The notes beneath the pieces were generated by a model. That model was not told the origin of the DNA, did not search any database, and saw nothing but the letters and a program-made list of their open reading frames with translations. Shown here piece by piece: positions 21,225 to 32,010 of a stretch of 64,000 nucleotides of DNA (position 1 is its first letter; every line of letters begins with the position of its first letter). The position numbers were made by a program, and so were the translations under genes. Origin of the DNA: Desulfomonilia bacterium (lineage in GTDB: Bacteria > Desulfobacterota > Desulfomonilia > UBA1062); contig JBEKDT010000008.1 of the NCBI GenBank assembly GCA_050014195.1, positions 149,407 through 213,406 of the forward strand, read 5' to 3'.

Positions 21225-21356
21225 AAAAAAAGGCCGGACCGTATTGACACAGCCCGGCATTAATTAAAGGAGGTTAGAAACCTTACCCGGCAAGGATGCC
21301 GAGCAGGCTTTTACCTTATGATATGGCGTTATATAGATCAACTTTGAGGAATGCAA
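21225..21356 (-). ncRNA. Candidate sRNA B (paralog of A)
   Basis: TTGCAT-17-TATAAC; GCUCGGCA/UGCCGGGU hairpin; AACCUCCUUU; terminator nearly identical to copy A + U7. Confidence 0.6.
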
Positions 21357-21493
21357 CCACAACGATTCTATGCGGTCTTCTTAGGCTTCCTGGGGTGAAG
21401 ATCCTATGAAGATCTATCACAGAGATCTTCACTCTTGGGATTGATAATCTTCAAGTTAAATATTAAAACTAGGTCGAGACTTCCGACTGGTTA

Positions 21494-24109
21494 TTGAGTA
21501 CTGTTACTTCTTATATGCGCATGGAGAACTCTATGAAGTCATCAATCAGTAATGAAAATCATTTGGCAGTGCTGAAAATTGTAGGAGCTTATATTTTTTT
21601 CGGTATCCTCTGGATTTACCTTTCAGATTCCATTCTCGGTTGGATTGTACATGATATAGCTCTGATGACTAGTATTGCTATGTTCAAAGGGATACTATTC
21701 ATCGTTATAACAGGAATCCTTCTTTTTTATCTCATTGCCCGACATGACCTAAAATTTAAAGTGGCCGAGGAACAACTTAAAGAGAGCGAGGAGCGCTATC
21801 GGAATATCCTCGAAAACATAGAAGAGACATACTACGAGGTGGACATGGAAGGGAGATTCACATTTTTCAATCCATCCATGACAAGGACCTATGGTTATAC
21901 TAAAGATGAGCTCATGGGTACAAGTTACAAGATAGCCATGGATAAGGAGGACATTGAAAAGGTGTTTAATGCCTTCCACCAGGTCTATGTCACTGGAGAG
22001 ACAATAAAGGGGATAGACTGGAAGCTCAGAAACAAGAACGGCAAGGAAGTTTATGTGGAAGCCTCTGTCTCTCTCCGCAGGGATTCCCAGGGTAACCCAA
22101 TAGGTTTCAAAGGAGTAACCCGAGACATAACTGAACGACAGCAAGTGGAAGAGGCCCTTAAGAAAAGTGAAGAGCGTTACCGTTTCCTTGCTGATAATGC
22201 CCATGACGTTATATGGACTTTTGACCTCAACTCGGGCTTCACTTATATGAGCCCATCGGTTAAGCAGCTGAGAGGATTTAGTGTAGATGAAGCCATGAAA
22301 CAGGGTCTTGATCAAACCCTCACTCCGGACTCGTATAATAAGGCCATGGAGATGTTAGAGGTGGAGATACGCCTTGAAATGAATGGAGAACGACATGATC
22401 CTGATTGGTCAAAAACCTTCGAACTTGAACAGTTCAGGAAAGACGGTTCAACAGTCTGGACAGAAGTCATGGTGAATTTGATTTATGATGAAATAAGTGG
22501 GGTCAAGGGGATTATGGGTATCACCCGTGATATTACAGAGCGCAAGCGTGCAGAAGAGTCACTACGTGAAAGCGAAGCAAAATATCGATTCCTCTTGGAA
22601 AATATGACCGATATGGTCTGGACAACCGATCTGAATTTATTCGTTACCTATGTAGGCCCATCTATTGAGAAGATCTTAGGATACACACCAGATGAGCGTA
22701 TCGGCCATAAAACATCAGAGCTCATGACCCCAGAATCACTTGCCAACGCCATGGAAGTTTTGAGTTCGGAATTGGAACGCGATAATGAGGAGGGAGTCGA
22801 TCCCAACAGAACGGTAACGTTTGAGACTGTATACTATCACAAGAATGGATCGATTGTCTGGTTCGAGAATACAGCAAGTCCGATACGGGACAACTCCGGC
22901 AGGATTGTCGGGATATATGGTGTTTCCCGCGATATCACGGATCGAAAGAGGGTGGAGGAGGAAAAGAAGAGACTCGAAGCTCAACTGGTGCAAGCGCAGA
23001 AAATGGAATCCATAGGTACTCTGGCAGGCGGCATTGCTCATGACTTCAACAACCTTCTCACCGGGATTCTTGGTAATGTATCATTGGCCCTCATGAGAAT
23101 GGATGAAAGCAATCCTATCCGTGAGCGGCTGAAAAATGTTGAGGAATATGTTCAACGCGGTTCTGACCTGACGAAGCAGTTGCTCGGTTTTGCCAGGGGT
23201 GGAAAGTATGAGGTTAAACCTACCAATCTTGGTGAGTTCATACTGAAAAGCTCTGAGATGTTCGGCAGGACTAAGAAGGAGATCCGCATTCACCACAAGG
23301 CCCAGGAGGGCCTCTGGACTGTGGAGGTGGACCGTGGTCAGATGGAGCAGGTATTCCTCAACCTTTTTGTGAATGCCTGGCAGGCCATGGCTGATGGGGG
23401 CGACCTCTATATCTCGGTTGCAAATGTTGAATTGAATGAAATCGAGGTAAGTCCATACGATCTAAAGCCAGGTAAATTCGTGAAAATAATGGTAACCGAT
23501 ACCGGGATAGGCATGGATGAGACAACCAAAGTACGGATCTTCGAGCCGTTCTTCACCACAAAGGAGCGAGGACGGGGAACAGGTCTTGGTCTGGCATCAG
23601 TATACGGGATCGTCAAGAATCACGGTGGATTTATCGATGTTGAGAGCGAAAAGGACATTGGCACCTCCTTCATGATCTATCTGCCTGCTTCGGAGAAGGA
23701 ACTTGAGGATATAGACCGTCCAAAGGACGAAGTCCAGATGGGGCGGGAAACCATACTGCTCATCGATGACGAGGAAATGATCATCGATATTGGGTCCGAG
23801 ATGCTTGAGAGTCTTGGTTATAAGGTGATATCAGCAATCGGTGGGAGGTCTGGTTTACAGATATATGAAAAAGACCGTGATAAGATTGACCTGGTGATCC
23901 TTGACATGATCATGCCTGATTTCACTGGGAAAGAAACATTTGACGCTCTGCGTAGGATTAACCAATCAGTGTGTGTACTTCTCTCAAGCGGGTACAGCCT
24001 CGACAGCCAAGCAGAAGAGATCATGCAAAGCGGTTGTAAAGGATTCATTCAGAAACCCTTCACCATGGTGGAATTTTCAAAAAAAATCAGAAGTATCTTG
24101 GATCAGTGA
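21494..24109 (+). CDS. Membrane-anchored hybrid sensor histidine kinase (3 PAS, HisKA, HATPase, receiver)
   Basis: Two TM helices, three PAS repeats, AGGIAHDFNNLL, FEPFFTTK, GTGLGL, LVILDMIMP; true start may be ATG 21521 or 21533. Confidence 0.93.
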   Translation: MSTVTSYMRMENSMKSSISNENHLAVLKIVGAYIFFGILWIYLSDSILGWIVHDIALMTSIAMFKGILFIVITGILLFYLIARHDLKFKVAEEQLKESEERYRNILENIEETYYEVDMEGRFTFFNPSMTRTYGYTKDELMGTSYKIAMDKEDIEKVFNAFHQVYVTGETIKGIDWKLRNKNGKEVYVEASVSLRRDSQGNPIGFKGVTRDITERQQVEEALKKSEERYRFLADNAHDVIWTFDLNSGFTYMSPSVKQLRGFSVDEAMKQGLDQTLTPDSYNKAMEMLEVEIRLEMNGERHDPDWSKTFELEQFRKDGSTVWTEVMVNLIYDEISGVKGIMGITRDITERKRAEESLRESEAKYRFLLENMTDMVWTTDLNLFVTYVGPSIEKILGYTPDERIGHKTSELMTPESLANAMEVLSSELERDNEEGVDPNRTVTFETVYYHKNGSIVWFENTASPIRDNSGRIVGIYGVSRDITDRKRVEEEKKRLEAQLVQAQKMESIGTLAGGIAHDFNNLLTGILGNVSLALMRMDESNPIRERLKNVEEYVQRGSDLTKQLLGFARGGKYEVKPTNLGEFILKSSEMFGRTKKEIRIHHKAQEGLWTVEVDRGQMEQVFLNLFVNAWQAMADGGDLYISVANVELNEIEVSPYDLKPGKFVKIMVTDTGIGMDETTKVRIFEPFFTTKERGRGTGLGLASVYGIVKNHGGFIDVESEKDIGTSFMIYLPASEKELEDIDRPKDEVQMGRETILLIDDEEMIIDIGSEMLESLGYKVISAIGGRSGLQIYEKDRDKIDLVILDMIMPDFTGKETFDALRRINQSVCVLLSSGYSLDSQAEEIMQSGCKGFIQKPFTMVEFSKKIRSILDQ

Positions 24110-24392
24110 ATATTTGATAGGGGTATTCTTATATTTGTGAGTTCTTATACCAGAAGCGAGGAGAGGAAAGTAAAGATTTCTTGCCAAAATCAAAGCGTTG
24201 GCCATACTGAAGATTTCTAAACATTATATTTACTCGTAGACGAACAAGATGAAGTAACGATCTATAAGCACATGAAGCTCGAATCATAATACACATAACT
24301 GTAATGGATAGCAGCTTTTTACAGCTCCTGAAAATTAGGATATCCAAGATATATGGGAAAAGGTGAACAGAGTCCACCCATTCCCTTTTGAG

Positions 24393-25229
24393 CTAGCAAT
24401 ACAAATTGTCAATCCATCGAGAAGCCTCTTTATCAGTGACCTTACCAAGATATCTTTGTGTGGTTGATAGATTTGCATGGCGAAGAATGACCTTGCTCAC
24501 TATCTCGATAGGAACTCCTGATCTAGAGGCATATGTTGCTGCATGCCTTCTCAAATCATGCGGCTTGAGAGATATGCCGACCAATTCTCCTGCCCTGTGG
24601 ACCAATGCCCTGGCAGCTACATACGTGATAGGGAAGATACGCTTGTCAGGCTCGATCTTTTTTATGGACACGTACTCTTTTAGCCTTTCAGCAAGTTTCT
24701 GAGGAATGTATACCAGTTCATATTCTCTGCCACTTTTCGGGCTTCTCAAAATAAGCTTCTGATCAATAATATCTGTAGGAGTCAGCTTTAGAACTTCACT
24801 GATCCTCATGCCTCCACGGGCCATCAACTCAAGCATGAGCCGATTTCGTGCATTAGTAGTCCTGAAGATCACCTCATCGACCACCTCTTTTTCTAGTATA
24901 TCCCAATGTACAGATTCCGGATGTCTGAAGATTCGCTTGAACATAGGGGTATCGCAGGGGTTGGTAAAATCATGGTCAATATTGCTCCTGATGAAGTTGA
25001 AGAAGGATCTGACGTTCGAATATCGGGATCGCTTCGTCCTTTGCTTCGTTCCCTCGCACAGCTGATTGAGGAATGTGAGCATCTCTTCTGAGGTAAGAGA
25101 TGCCAAGTCCCTTCCTTCGAAATGATCTTGAAGCTTTCCAAGGACATATTCATAAGCCCTTATCGTATTTTCCCTGGAATTCGACCTGTGGTACTCCATA
25201 CAGACATTGATACCTTGCGATAATAACAT
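24393..25229 (-). CDS. Tyrosine recombinase (XerD-like)
   Basis: GGMRISE, HDLRRH, LRHANLSTTQRY. Confidence 0.9.
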   Translation of the reverse strand: MLLSQGINVCMEYHRSNSRENTIRAYEYVLGKLQDHFEGRDLASLTSEEMLTFLNQLCEGTKQRTKRSRYSNVRSFFNFIRSNIDHDFTNPCDTPMFKRIFRHPESVHWDILEKEVVDEVIFRTTNARNRLMLELMARGGMRISEVLKLTPTDIIDQKLILRSPKSGREYELVYIPQKLAERLKEYVSIKKIEPDKRIFPITYVAARALVHRAGELVGISLKPHDLRRHAATYASRSGVPIEIVSKVILRHANLSTTQRYLGKVTDKEASRWIDNLYC

Positions 25230-25548
25230 GTTGCACCTCTCATTCTTTATTTTAATTGTTTATCGGGAGGTGCTCCTGATGAAGAACAAACCTAAAGACT
25301 TCATGAATGATGGGTCTTACATAATTCATCAATGTTATGATCTTCTGGTTATATCTAAAAGGGTTGTGGATCTTATTTTGATTTGGGTGTCCTCACGATA
25401 CCTGGACTATAGTGGATTATTCCGCAGTTCTTTATTAATTATATGGGATGTCACAATAAAATCCAAAGATCATTTGTTTCCATGCTGAGTTATAGAGTTA
25501 AATATTTGTATTAAGGACCGTACATTTTCTATCCGGTTGCTATTGCAA

Positions 25549-26193
25549 TCACCCCTCAGGATATGCAATCTCAGGCCCAATCCAGGGGTCAGGCGGCCCT
25601 ATGAGCACAAATGGCATTGGGTTATATTTGCCCATTGTTATGGTGAGCCTTCCGATGCCGAGATAAAGCTTGTCGTTAACCTTGCGAACTTCATCCGTCA
25701 TGGTATTGGTATAGAACGTATTGTAGTCCCTGTAGCGGAGCTGGAATGAAGGCCTGCCATCGAATACTGATGAGACCATGGAGGTTTTGTTCAACATGAT
25801 GCGGGCCAACCTCTGGGGGGAATTCAGACGGAAGAGTGACCGTACGAGACTGACAATTTTCATGAAGCTTGCCACAAAGTAGTTTTCATACAATTTGGCC
25901 TGTGTAGTGATGAAGGTATTGTAGCCATGGCCGTGCATATCGCCGAGAGGCTCGAAGGCCTTGTGCTGCCAGTCTCCCCAAGTAAAATGGAGATAAAGCT
26001 TGGCCAGAAACATGTTGATAATATAGCCGTTCTCAAGAAGAGCGGCACGGTATTCTCCATGCATCTCGGACATGGGCGGTGCATCGAGCTGAAGGAACAG
26101 CGCCATGAGCTGTTTCCTGTCCAGTTTCATGAGATCCTCATAAATATAATCTTTCAAAGGCTTCCCCATATAATTCTCAATTGCCATCGTCAT
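25549..26193 (-). CDS. Hypothetical protein co-transcribed with SDR cluster
   Basis: 214 aa, strong RBS; motifs W..KAF…GYN, DEVRKV…YLG. Confidence 0.75.
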   Translation of the reverse strand: MTMAIENYMGKPLKDYIYEDLMKLDRKQLMALFLQLDAPPMSEMHGEYRAALLENGYIINMFLAKLYLHFTWGDWQHKAFEPLGDMHGHGYNTFITTQAKLYENYFVASFMKIVSLVRSLFRLNSPQRLARIMLNKTSMVSSVFDGRPSFQLRYRDYNTFYTNTMTDEVRKVNDKLYLGIGRLTITMGKYNPMPFVLIGPPDPWIGPEIAYPEG

Positions 26194-26283
26194 CCTCCTT
26201 ATTGTTTTTCTGTTGTTCTATATGACAAAGAAGATTCAGCTGTAACGTCTTGAACATCAAACCTGTGATCATACCCGGGGACC

Positions 26284-27057
26284 TCAGCATCCTGCTATTT
26301 TCTTATAGATGTAGCGTGTGATGAACTGCGGCTGCTTGGTCCCCGATGCAGTCAATATTCTCCAGAAGAGGGTGTCTACATGCCAGTGCACGAGGAACTT
26401 CATATTTAGCTTCACGGCCCTCGAGATCGTTTTCACCACATCCTCGGTCGTCAGATTTATCCCGACGCGCCTAGAGACAATGCTGCTGCATTTCTCCATC
26501 ATGGGTGTATCCACAAAGTTCGGCCAGATTGCGCATACATAGATGCCGTGTTTTTGCCATTCGATACTTAATGCCTCGGTGAATCCCCGTACGAAAAACT
26601 TTGAAGCGGAATAGGTAACTTCCGTTGGTACTCCATAATTCGCTGCCTGTGAACATAGATTGACAAGGGTGCCTCGGGCATCCTTCAGGTAAGGAAACGC
26701 ATGGTAGGCGCAGTTCAGCATGCCCCTGTTATTGACATCGATAATGGCGTGATGGTTGGATATGGGCTGATCCTCAAAGGGCTCCATCCAGGCAATACCT
26801 GCATTATTGATAAAAAGGTCGATCTTTCCTCCTGTCGTTTTCGAGAAGTCGGCAATTACTTCTGCAACCTTTATTTCATCCCTTACATCCAAGAAGGCAG
26901 AATAGGCGATCTTGTCGCCTAAATCCTTCTTGAAAGATTCCAGTGCGGGTTCATTGATGTCAGTGATGCCAACATGCCAGCCTCTGTCTGCATAATGGAT
27001 CGCAACGGCCTTTCCTATGCCCATGGCTGCTCCGGTGACAAAAACGCACTTTTTCAT
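26284..27057 (-). CDS. Short-chain dehydrogenase/reductase
   Basis: TGAAMGIG, NNAG, YSASK. Confidence 0.92.
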   Translation of the reverse strand: MKKCVFVTGAAMGIGKAVAIHYADRGWHVGITDINEPALESFKKDLGDKIAYSAFLDVRDEIKVAEVIADFSKTTGGKIDLFINNAGIAWMEPFEDQPISNHHAIIDVNNRGMLNCAYHAFPYLKDARGTLVNLCSQAANYGVPTEVTYSASKFFVRGFTEALSIEWQKHGIYVCAIWPNFVDTPMMEKCSSIVSRRVGINLTTEDVVKTISRAVKLNMKFLVHWHVDTLFWRILTASGTKQPQFITRYIYKKIAGC

Positions 27058-27124
27058 AACTCCCCCTATGTTATCAACCCCAGCTGATCCAGATCACTTT
27101 TAAACAGTCTTAAATGTTGCTCAT

Positions 27125-27955
27125 TCACATGCCCCCTTTGATCTCCGACTCCCTCCGGCACAAGAACCAGGTAAGCCAGTTGATGAATCTTCGCGGCATT
27201 AACCTCAAAATCAGGAAGTAGAGGATCTGGTTGTCGATGCCGGGGACACACAGTATCTTGCCCTTTACAAAGGCCTCGACTCCCAGGGAGGCAACGACAT
27301 CCGGTTCCCACACCTTCATCCTTGTGAGCGGAACCAGATCGGATGGGTACCCCCCATTTTCGAGGAGGTGTGTCTTCGTAAAGGGTGGGTTCAGTGTGGA
27401 CACGACGATCCCCTTGTGGATGCGGAGCTCCGAACGTACGGCTTCCGTGAGGCCCTGGACGAAATATTTGGTAGCAGAATAGAGCGTCTCGGTGGGTACC
27501 GGCGTGAGGGCCGCCACCGACGATATATTCAGTATGCCCCCTTCGCCCAGCCTGATGATCGTCGGAAGAAAGAGCCGGCACATCTTTGCATACCCCAGGC
27601 AATTGAGTTTAACCATAGTCTCCAGCTTCCCGACGGGCATCTCTTCGTATCGCCCGTACCAGGCGATCCCAGCGTTATTGACGAGGACATGCACATCCGG
27701 CACGGCGGCCGTCACCTGGCCGTGAAGTCTTTCCGGGCCGTTTTCCGCAGCAAGATCCTCCAGGAAGAACCAGGTCCTGATGCCATACCTGTCCGCGAGA
27801 TCCTTGGCCCAGCGCTCTGCTTCTTCCTTCCTTGAAGGATGGTCTGCAATGATGACGTTTGCCCCTCTCCTGACAAAACATTCGGAAAGGGCCTTCCCGA
27901 TCCCCATGGATGCCCCTGTCACAAGTACCTTCTTATCTTTGAGGTTTATCTTCAT
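27125..27955 (-). CDS. Short-chain dehydrogenase/reductase
   Basis: TGASMGIG, NNAG, YSATK. Confidence 0.92.
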   Translation of the reverse strand: MKINLKDKKVLVTGASMGIGKALSECFVRRGANVIIADHPSRKEEAERWAKDLADRYGIRTWFFLEDLAAENGPERLHGQVTAAVPDVHVLVNNAGIAWYGRYEEMPVGKLETMVKLNCLGYAKMCRLFLPTIIRLGEGGILNISSVAALTPVPTETLYSATKYFVQGLTEAVRSELRIHKGIVVSTLNPPFTKTHLLENGGYPSDLVPLTRMKVWEPDVVASLGVEAFVKGKILCVPGIDNQILYFLILRLMPRRFINWLTWFLCRRESEIKGGM

Positions 27956-27968
27956 GACGGTTCACCCC

Positions 27969-28805
27969 TCAACCTTTGCCGTGCCTGATAAGGAATTCAA
28001 AGCTCCATGCCAGGAGTGTGACCGCAGTTCTGGGAAATGCCCTTGCCACATAGTCGAGGGCCTTTGCCTCCGGACATACGATGATGCGTCTGTCATTGCG
28101 CTTGATGCCTGAAATAATCGTGTCTGCCGCATTGTCGGGAAATGTCCTGAAGACCTGCTTGTCAAGGATATCGCATGCCTTTTCAGGCGAGAGTCCGGAC
28201 ACGATGAGATGCCCCCATCTGGCGTTTTTTGCAATATTGGTCTTTATCCAGCCGGGATGGACGCAGCTCACGCGGATGTTCGTCTTTCTAAACTCCTGGT
28301 AAAGGGTCTCGGTGAAACCCTTTACAGCGAATTTGGAGGCATTGTAGCTGCTTTCGTTGGGGCTTGGTACGATCCCGTTAATGCTTGAAACATTTATGAT
28401 GTGGGCCTCGGGCCTCTGTTTCAGGTAGGGGAGAAATTCCTTGGTTCCGTAGACGACCCCCCAGAAATTGATGCCCATGATCCACTCGAAATCCTCGTAG
28501 GATATCGTCTCGATCAGATCGGCAACGCATACGCCGGCATTGTTTATGACAAGGTCCACGCAGCCGTGATACTTCACCGCGTCTGCTGCAAAGGTGCGGA
28601 CCTGGACCCTGTCCGACACATCTACCTTGTGGGTGGAGACGCGGACCTTGCTGCCAATCTGAACGGCGGTCTCTCCCAGGCCTTTTTCATCAATATCCGC
28701 AAGGGCCAGGGCGCACCCTTCATCTGCAAGCTTCAGTGCCAGGCATCTTCCTATGCCCGATGCCGCCCCGGTGAGTGCACATACTTTCCCTGATAGAGTT
28801 TTCAT
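27969..28805 (-). CDS. Short-chain dehydrogenase/reductase
   Basis: TGAASGIG, NNAG, YNASK. Confidence 0.92.
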   Translation of the reverse strand: MKTLSGKVCALTGAASGIGRCLALKLADEGCALALADIDEKGLGETAVQIGSKVRVSTHKVDVSDRVQVRTFAADAVKYHGCVDLVINNAGVCVADLIETISYEDFEWIMGINFWGVVYGTKEFLPYLKQRPEAHIINVSSINGIVPSPNESSYNASKFAVKGFTETLYQEFRKTNIRVSCVHPGWIKTNIAKNARWGHLIVSGLSPEKACDILDKQVFRTFPDNAADTIISGIKRNDRRIIVCPEAKALDYVARAFPRTAVTLLAWSFEFLIRHGKG

Positions 28806-29821
28806 TCCATAGGCCCTCTCTTCTCGAACATGTCGACCGTGTCCCGAATGGTGGCAGGTCTGGCATCCGGGGCTTCGATCTTTTCCTTGATATAGGTGTT
28901 GTAGAATCCAAGGATCCTATTGGTCGGCATGGATGTGTAGCAATGTACGCTCTCTTCCAGTTCAATGCTCAGGCCTTGGCGGAGGCTGGTTTCGAAACCC
29001 TGGTGCACAGCTTGTTTAATGGCGTTGACCGCTATGGGGGGACGCTTGCTCAAGATATCTGCAAACTCCTGTACCTTTGCATGAAAATCCTTTTTCTTGA
29101 AACTGCCTGTTATCATGCCCATCCTTTCAGCCTCTTTCGGTGAGATGAGGTCCCCTTTGAGCATGAGCTCCAGGGCCCTGGCCTTACCAATTAGTCTGGG
29201 CCACCTCTGGGTGCCTCCCCCTCCCGGAGGTATGCCCAGGAGCACTTCCAGCTGCCCGATGGTGAAATCCTTGTCATTGATCATGAATCTGAAATCAAAG
29301 CAGGCGGACATCTCGGCGCCGCCGCCGTTGACAGAGCCGTTGATGGCTGCAATGGTGATCTTGTCCATCCTTTCGATGGCGAAATAAAGCCGATGCATCA
29401 TGAACCACAGGTAAAGCCCGGAAGAGTAGCTGCTGAAGCTCTTCATCGCTTCCAGCAGCACCTTCTCGAGCCCGGGGACCCAGTCCATGAGCCAGTTCAT
29501 CATGGTCGTCCCCCAGGAGGAAAGCCTTCCTGCAATCCTGGATGCAAAGACCTTGTCAAAGAAGATCTTCTTGAGGTCCCCGTCGAGCTTGGCGAGCTCC
29601 GGGATGGAGAAGTGCCTGATATAAGTATCCTCGATGCCGCCGGTGAGGATGAATACCCGTATGGACTGGTCTTTCTCCACTTCCCTTATGAGGGAGAAGA
29701 GCTCCTCCACCACCTTGGTGGTGAGGAAGTTAACCGGCGGGTTCACAATTTCGACCCATAGAGATGCATTTGCATTCCGTATTTTCAAATATGTGTACCC
29801 CATTGTTGACCCTCCATCCAC
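28802..29821 (-). CDS. Enoyl-CoA hydratase/isomerase family protein with internal hydrophobic insertion
   Basis: NPPVN, IAAINGSVNGGGAE, GIPPGGGGTQRWPRLIG; start may be ATG 29803. Confidence 0.88.
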   Translation of the reverse strand: MDGGSTMGYTYLKIRNANASLWVEIVNPPVNFLTTKVVEELFSLIREVEKDQSIRVFILTGGIEDTYIRHFSIPELAKLDGDLKKIFFDKVFASRIAGRLSSWGTTMMNWLMDWVPGLEKVLLEAMKSFSSYSSGLYLWFMMHRLYFAIERMDKITIAAINGSVNGGGAEMSACFDFRFMINDKDFTIGQLEVLLGIPPGGGGTQRWPRLIGKARALELMLKGDLISPKEAERMGMITGSFKKKDFHAKVQEFADILSKRPPIAVNAIKQAVHQGFETSLRQGLSIELEESVHCYTSMPTNRILGFYNTYIKEKIEAPDARPATIRDTVDMFEKRGPME

Positions 29822-29918
29822 ACTGAATTGTTCTCAGTACAATATGATTTATCTCGTGGTGGATTGACAATGGGATCTAAAGACAAGTATATTGTGATTT
29901 GCTGCCACAGGTTGAAAT

Positions 29919-30968
29919 ATGAAGAATCCTGGTCCTGTAAGAATCAACATTGCATCGAGACCATCCCTGCCGATGTACCGCTCCATAAACAGCATCGATA
30001 TCCTTGCCCGCTATGCCGCAGGGCGGGGCATCGATGTCGAGAAGCTGCTGGCAGGCAGTGGTATAAAACCCAGAGATCTGGATGATTCCGAGATGTTCGT
30101 AAGCCCTAAGCAGGAACTGTCAGTCATGCGCAGGCTGGCCGAACTGGTATCGGACCCCGAAGCAGGGCTGAAAACCGGGGAACATTACCACATCACAGCC
30201 CATGGGGTATTGGGCAATGCCTCGATGTGCTGCGAGACATTTCTGGATGCCATACGGTTGATGTTTTCCTTTATCGAGCTTACCTTGACATATTTCAGCT
30301 ATGAACTGAGCGTGGTGGAGCCCCTTGCATATGTAACAATGAAAGAGCTCATCGACCTGAAAGATATCCGCCGCTTCATCTGTGAGAGGGAGTTTGTTTC
30401 AGTGCTGAGAATGATGTCTGATCTGATTGGAGAACCTCTTATGCTGAAAGAGGCGAGATTTGCATATCCGAGGCCTGAGTACGCCTCAAGCTATCGGGAT
30501 ACATTCAAGTGCCCGGTTTTCTTCAATACGGATGAGCATGTATTTATTTTTGACAGCAGATATCTTTCAAAGTATCTGCCCATGGCTAACCGTCTATCGA
30601 AAGATAAATATGAAAGAGAATGCAGGGAGCTGATACTCCGGATGAAAAAGTCCGGAACCACTTCCGAAAAGGTACGGCAGTTGATCTTATATCAAAAAGA
30701 AGGAATACCGACTTTTCAGCAGGTCACAAGGCGGATGAATGTATCTCCCAGGACCCTCCATCGGCGTTTATCCGTCGAGGGTACATCATATAAAGAGATC
30801 CTCGCGGAGATCAGAAAAACCAAGGCCATTGAACAGCTGACGGAGACGAGCACTCCTGTCGAAAGTATTGCCATGGACCTTGGATACAGTGATGTCGCCA
30901 ATTTCTATCATGCCTTTAAGAGTTGGACGGGAACAACGCCCATCAGCTATCGGAAAAAATCACTTTGA
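29919..30968 (+). CDS. AraC-family transcriptional regulator
   Basis: C-terminal VSPRTLHRRL…LGYSDVANFYHAFKSWTGTTP; divergent from SDR operon. Confidence 0.92.
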   Translation: MKNPGPVRINIASRPSLPMYRSINSIDILARYAAGRGIDVEKLLAGSGIKPRDLDDSEMFVSPKQELSVMRRLAELVSDPEAGLKTGEHYHITAHGVLGNASMCCETFLDAIRLMFSFIELTLTYFSYELSVVEPLAYVTMKELIDLKDIRRFICEREFVSVLRMMSDLIGEPLMLKEARFAYPRPEYASSYRDTFKCPVFFNTDEHVFIFDSRYLSKYLPMANRLSKDKYERECRELILRMKKSGTTSEKVRQLILYQKEGIPTFQQVTRRMNVSPRTLHRRLSVEGTSYKEILAEIRKTKAIEQLTETSTPVESIAMDLGYSDVANFYHAFKSWTGTTPISYRKKSL

Positions 30969-31293
30969 TACTTTTTAATGGGCCTATGAGACATTCAAAA
31001 AAATATCACAATATAATGGCTGCCATAGTGTATGGTATGACCTTAGTGAAGATTTCTTTCGCAGCTCTGTCCTGTCCAATGCCCAAACTGAATTGAATAT
31101 AACTATGTGAATGTGCTTTAATCTTATAAAACTTTCGATATCTGTAATAAATCCTAATTGTTAGCTCAGCTTTAAAACTAATGATTTGATGAAGATATCT
31201 TTGCTTTCAACGAACGTGGAAAGGCCTATTGTAAGGTTATATTGTAGTCTTTCTTCCCTAATTGTCAGATCAAATTGCAACTAATGCAAATTT

Positions 31294-31605
31294 TCATATG
31301 AGAGCTTCAATCCCTTTGCGATCCAGGATGCTAAGCAGTTTAAGGGATGGTCCGCTTGGATGTTTTTCGCCGATCTCCCATTTCTGAACTGTTGAGAGAC
31401 TGGTATTGAGCATGGATGCAAGCACCGCTTGGCTCAATCGGTAGCGATCTCGCAGCTTACGTATCTGTTCAGCGTTATATTGGGGGACCGGCTCAATGCA
31501 AAGCGCATCATAGGACCGCAAAGCCCGCTTGTCTATAAAACCAAGGGCACGTAGATCCTGAGCTGTTTCATGTACTGTTTCGAAAATTCTGCTTTTATGT
31601 TTCAT
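31294..31605 (-). CDS. HTH antitoxin (HigA-like)
   Basis: LSQAVLA…TVQKWEIGEKHPSGPSLKLL; RBS GGAGG at the toxin 3' end. Confidence 0.88.
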   Translation of the reverse strand: MKHKSRIFETVHETAQDLRALGFIDKRALRSYDALCIEPVPQYNAEQIRKLRDRYRLSQAVLASMLNTSLSTVQKWEIGEKHPSGPSLKLLSILDRKGIEALI

Positions 31606-31972
31606 CATGTACCTCCACCAGCGATCCTTGCCGAATTGCCTCAACCATCTGCTTGGCACTCAGTCGAAGCAAATCCGTGGCTAATGCTCGTAGTGCTTCC
31701 AGTTCCTTACTCGTGATGTTGTCCCTCTCATTCTTCTCGAAGCCGAAAACAAAGAACCATCGGTCGTCCCGATTGGTCGCCAGTAAAGTCCTTGTACTGC
31801 CTCTCTTTCCTCTGCCGGGAAGCGCAACCCTCTTTTTAATGATTCCGCCGTCCAGATCTGCATCAAATAGCCCTTCTTGTATTTCTCGAATAGCTGAGAT
31901 CAATACTTTATCGCTTATTCCCGCCTTAGCAGCCCATCTTGAAAAATGCCTTGTTTTGCAATAAAATACCAT
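31595..31972 (-). CDS. RelE/ParE-family toxin (HigB-like)
   Basis: DADLDGGIIKKRVA…GKRGSTR…FGFEKNERDNI; toxin-first order. Confidence 0.88.
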   Translation of the reverse strand: MVFYCKTRHFSRWAAKAGISDKVLISAIREIQEGLFDADLDGGIIKKRVALPGRGKRGSTRTLLATNRDDRWFFVFGFEKNERDNITSKELEALRALATDLLRLSAKQMVEAIRQGSLVEVHDET

Positions 31973-31981
31973 TTGCTTTGA

Positions 31982-32010
31982 TCTATAGCACTTGGTGATA
32001 TAGAAGTCAA
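31982..32010 (-). promoter_or_regulatory. TA promoter with palindromic operator
   Basis: TTGACT-17-TATAGA on - strand overlapped by inverted repeat tctatagcac-ttg-gtgatataga. Confidence 0.65.
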
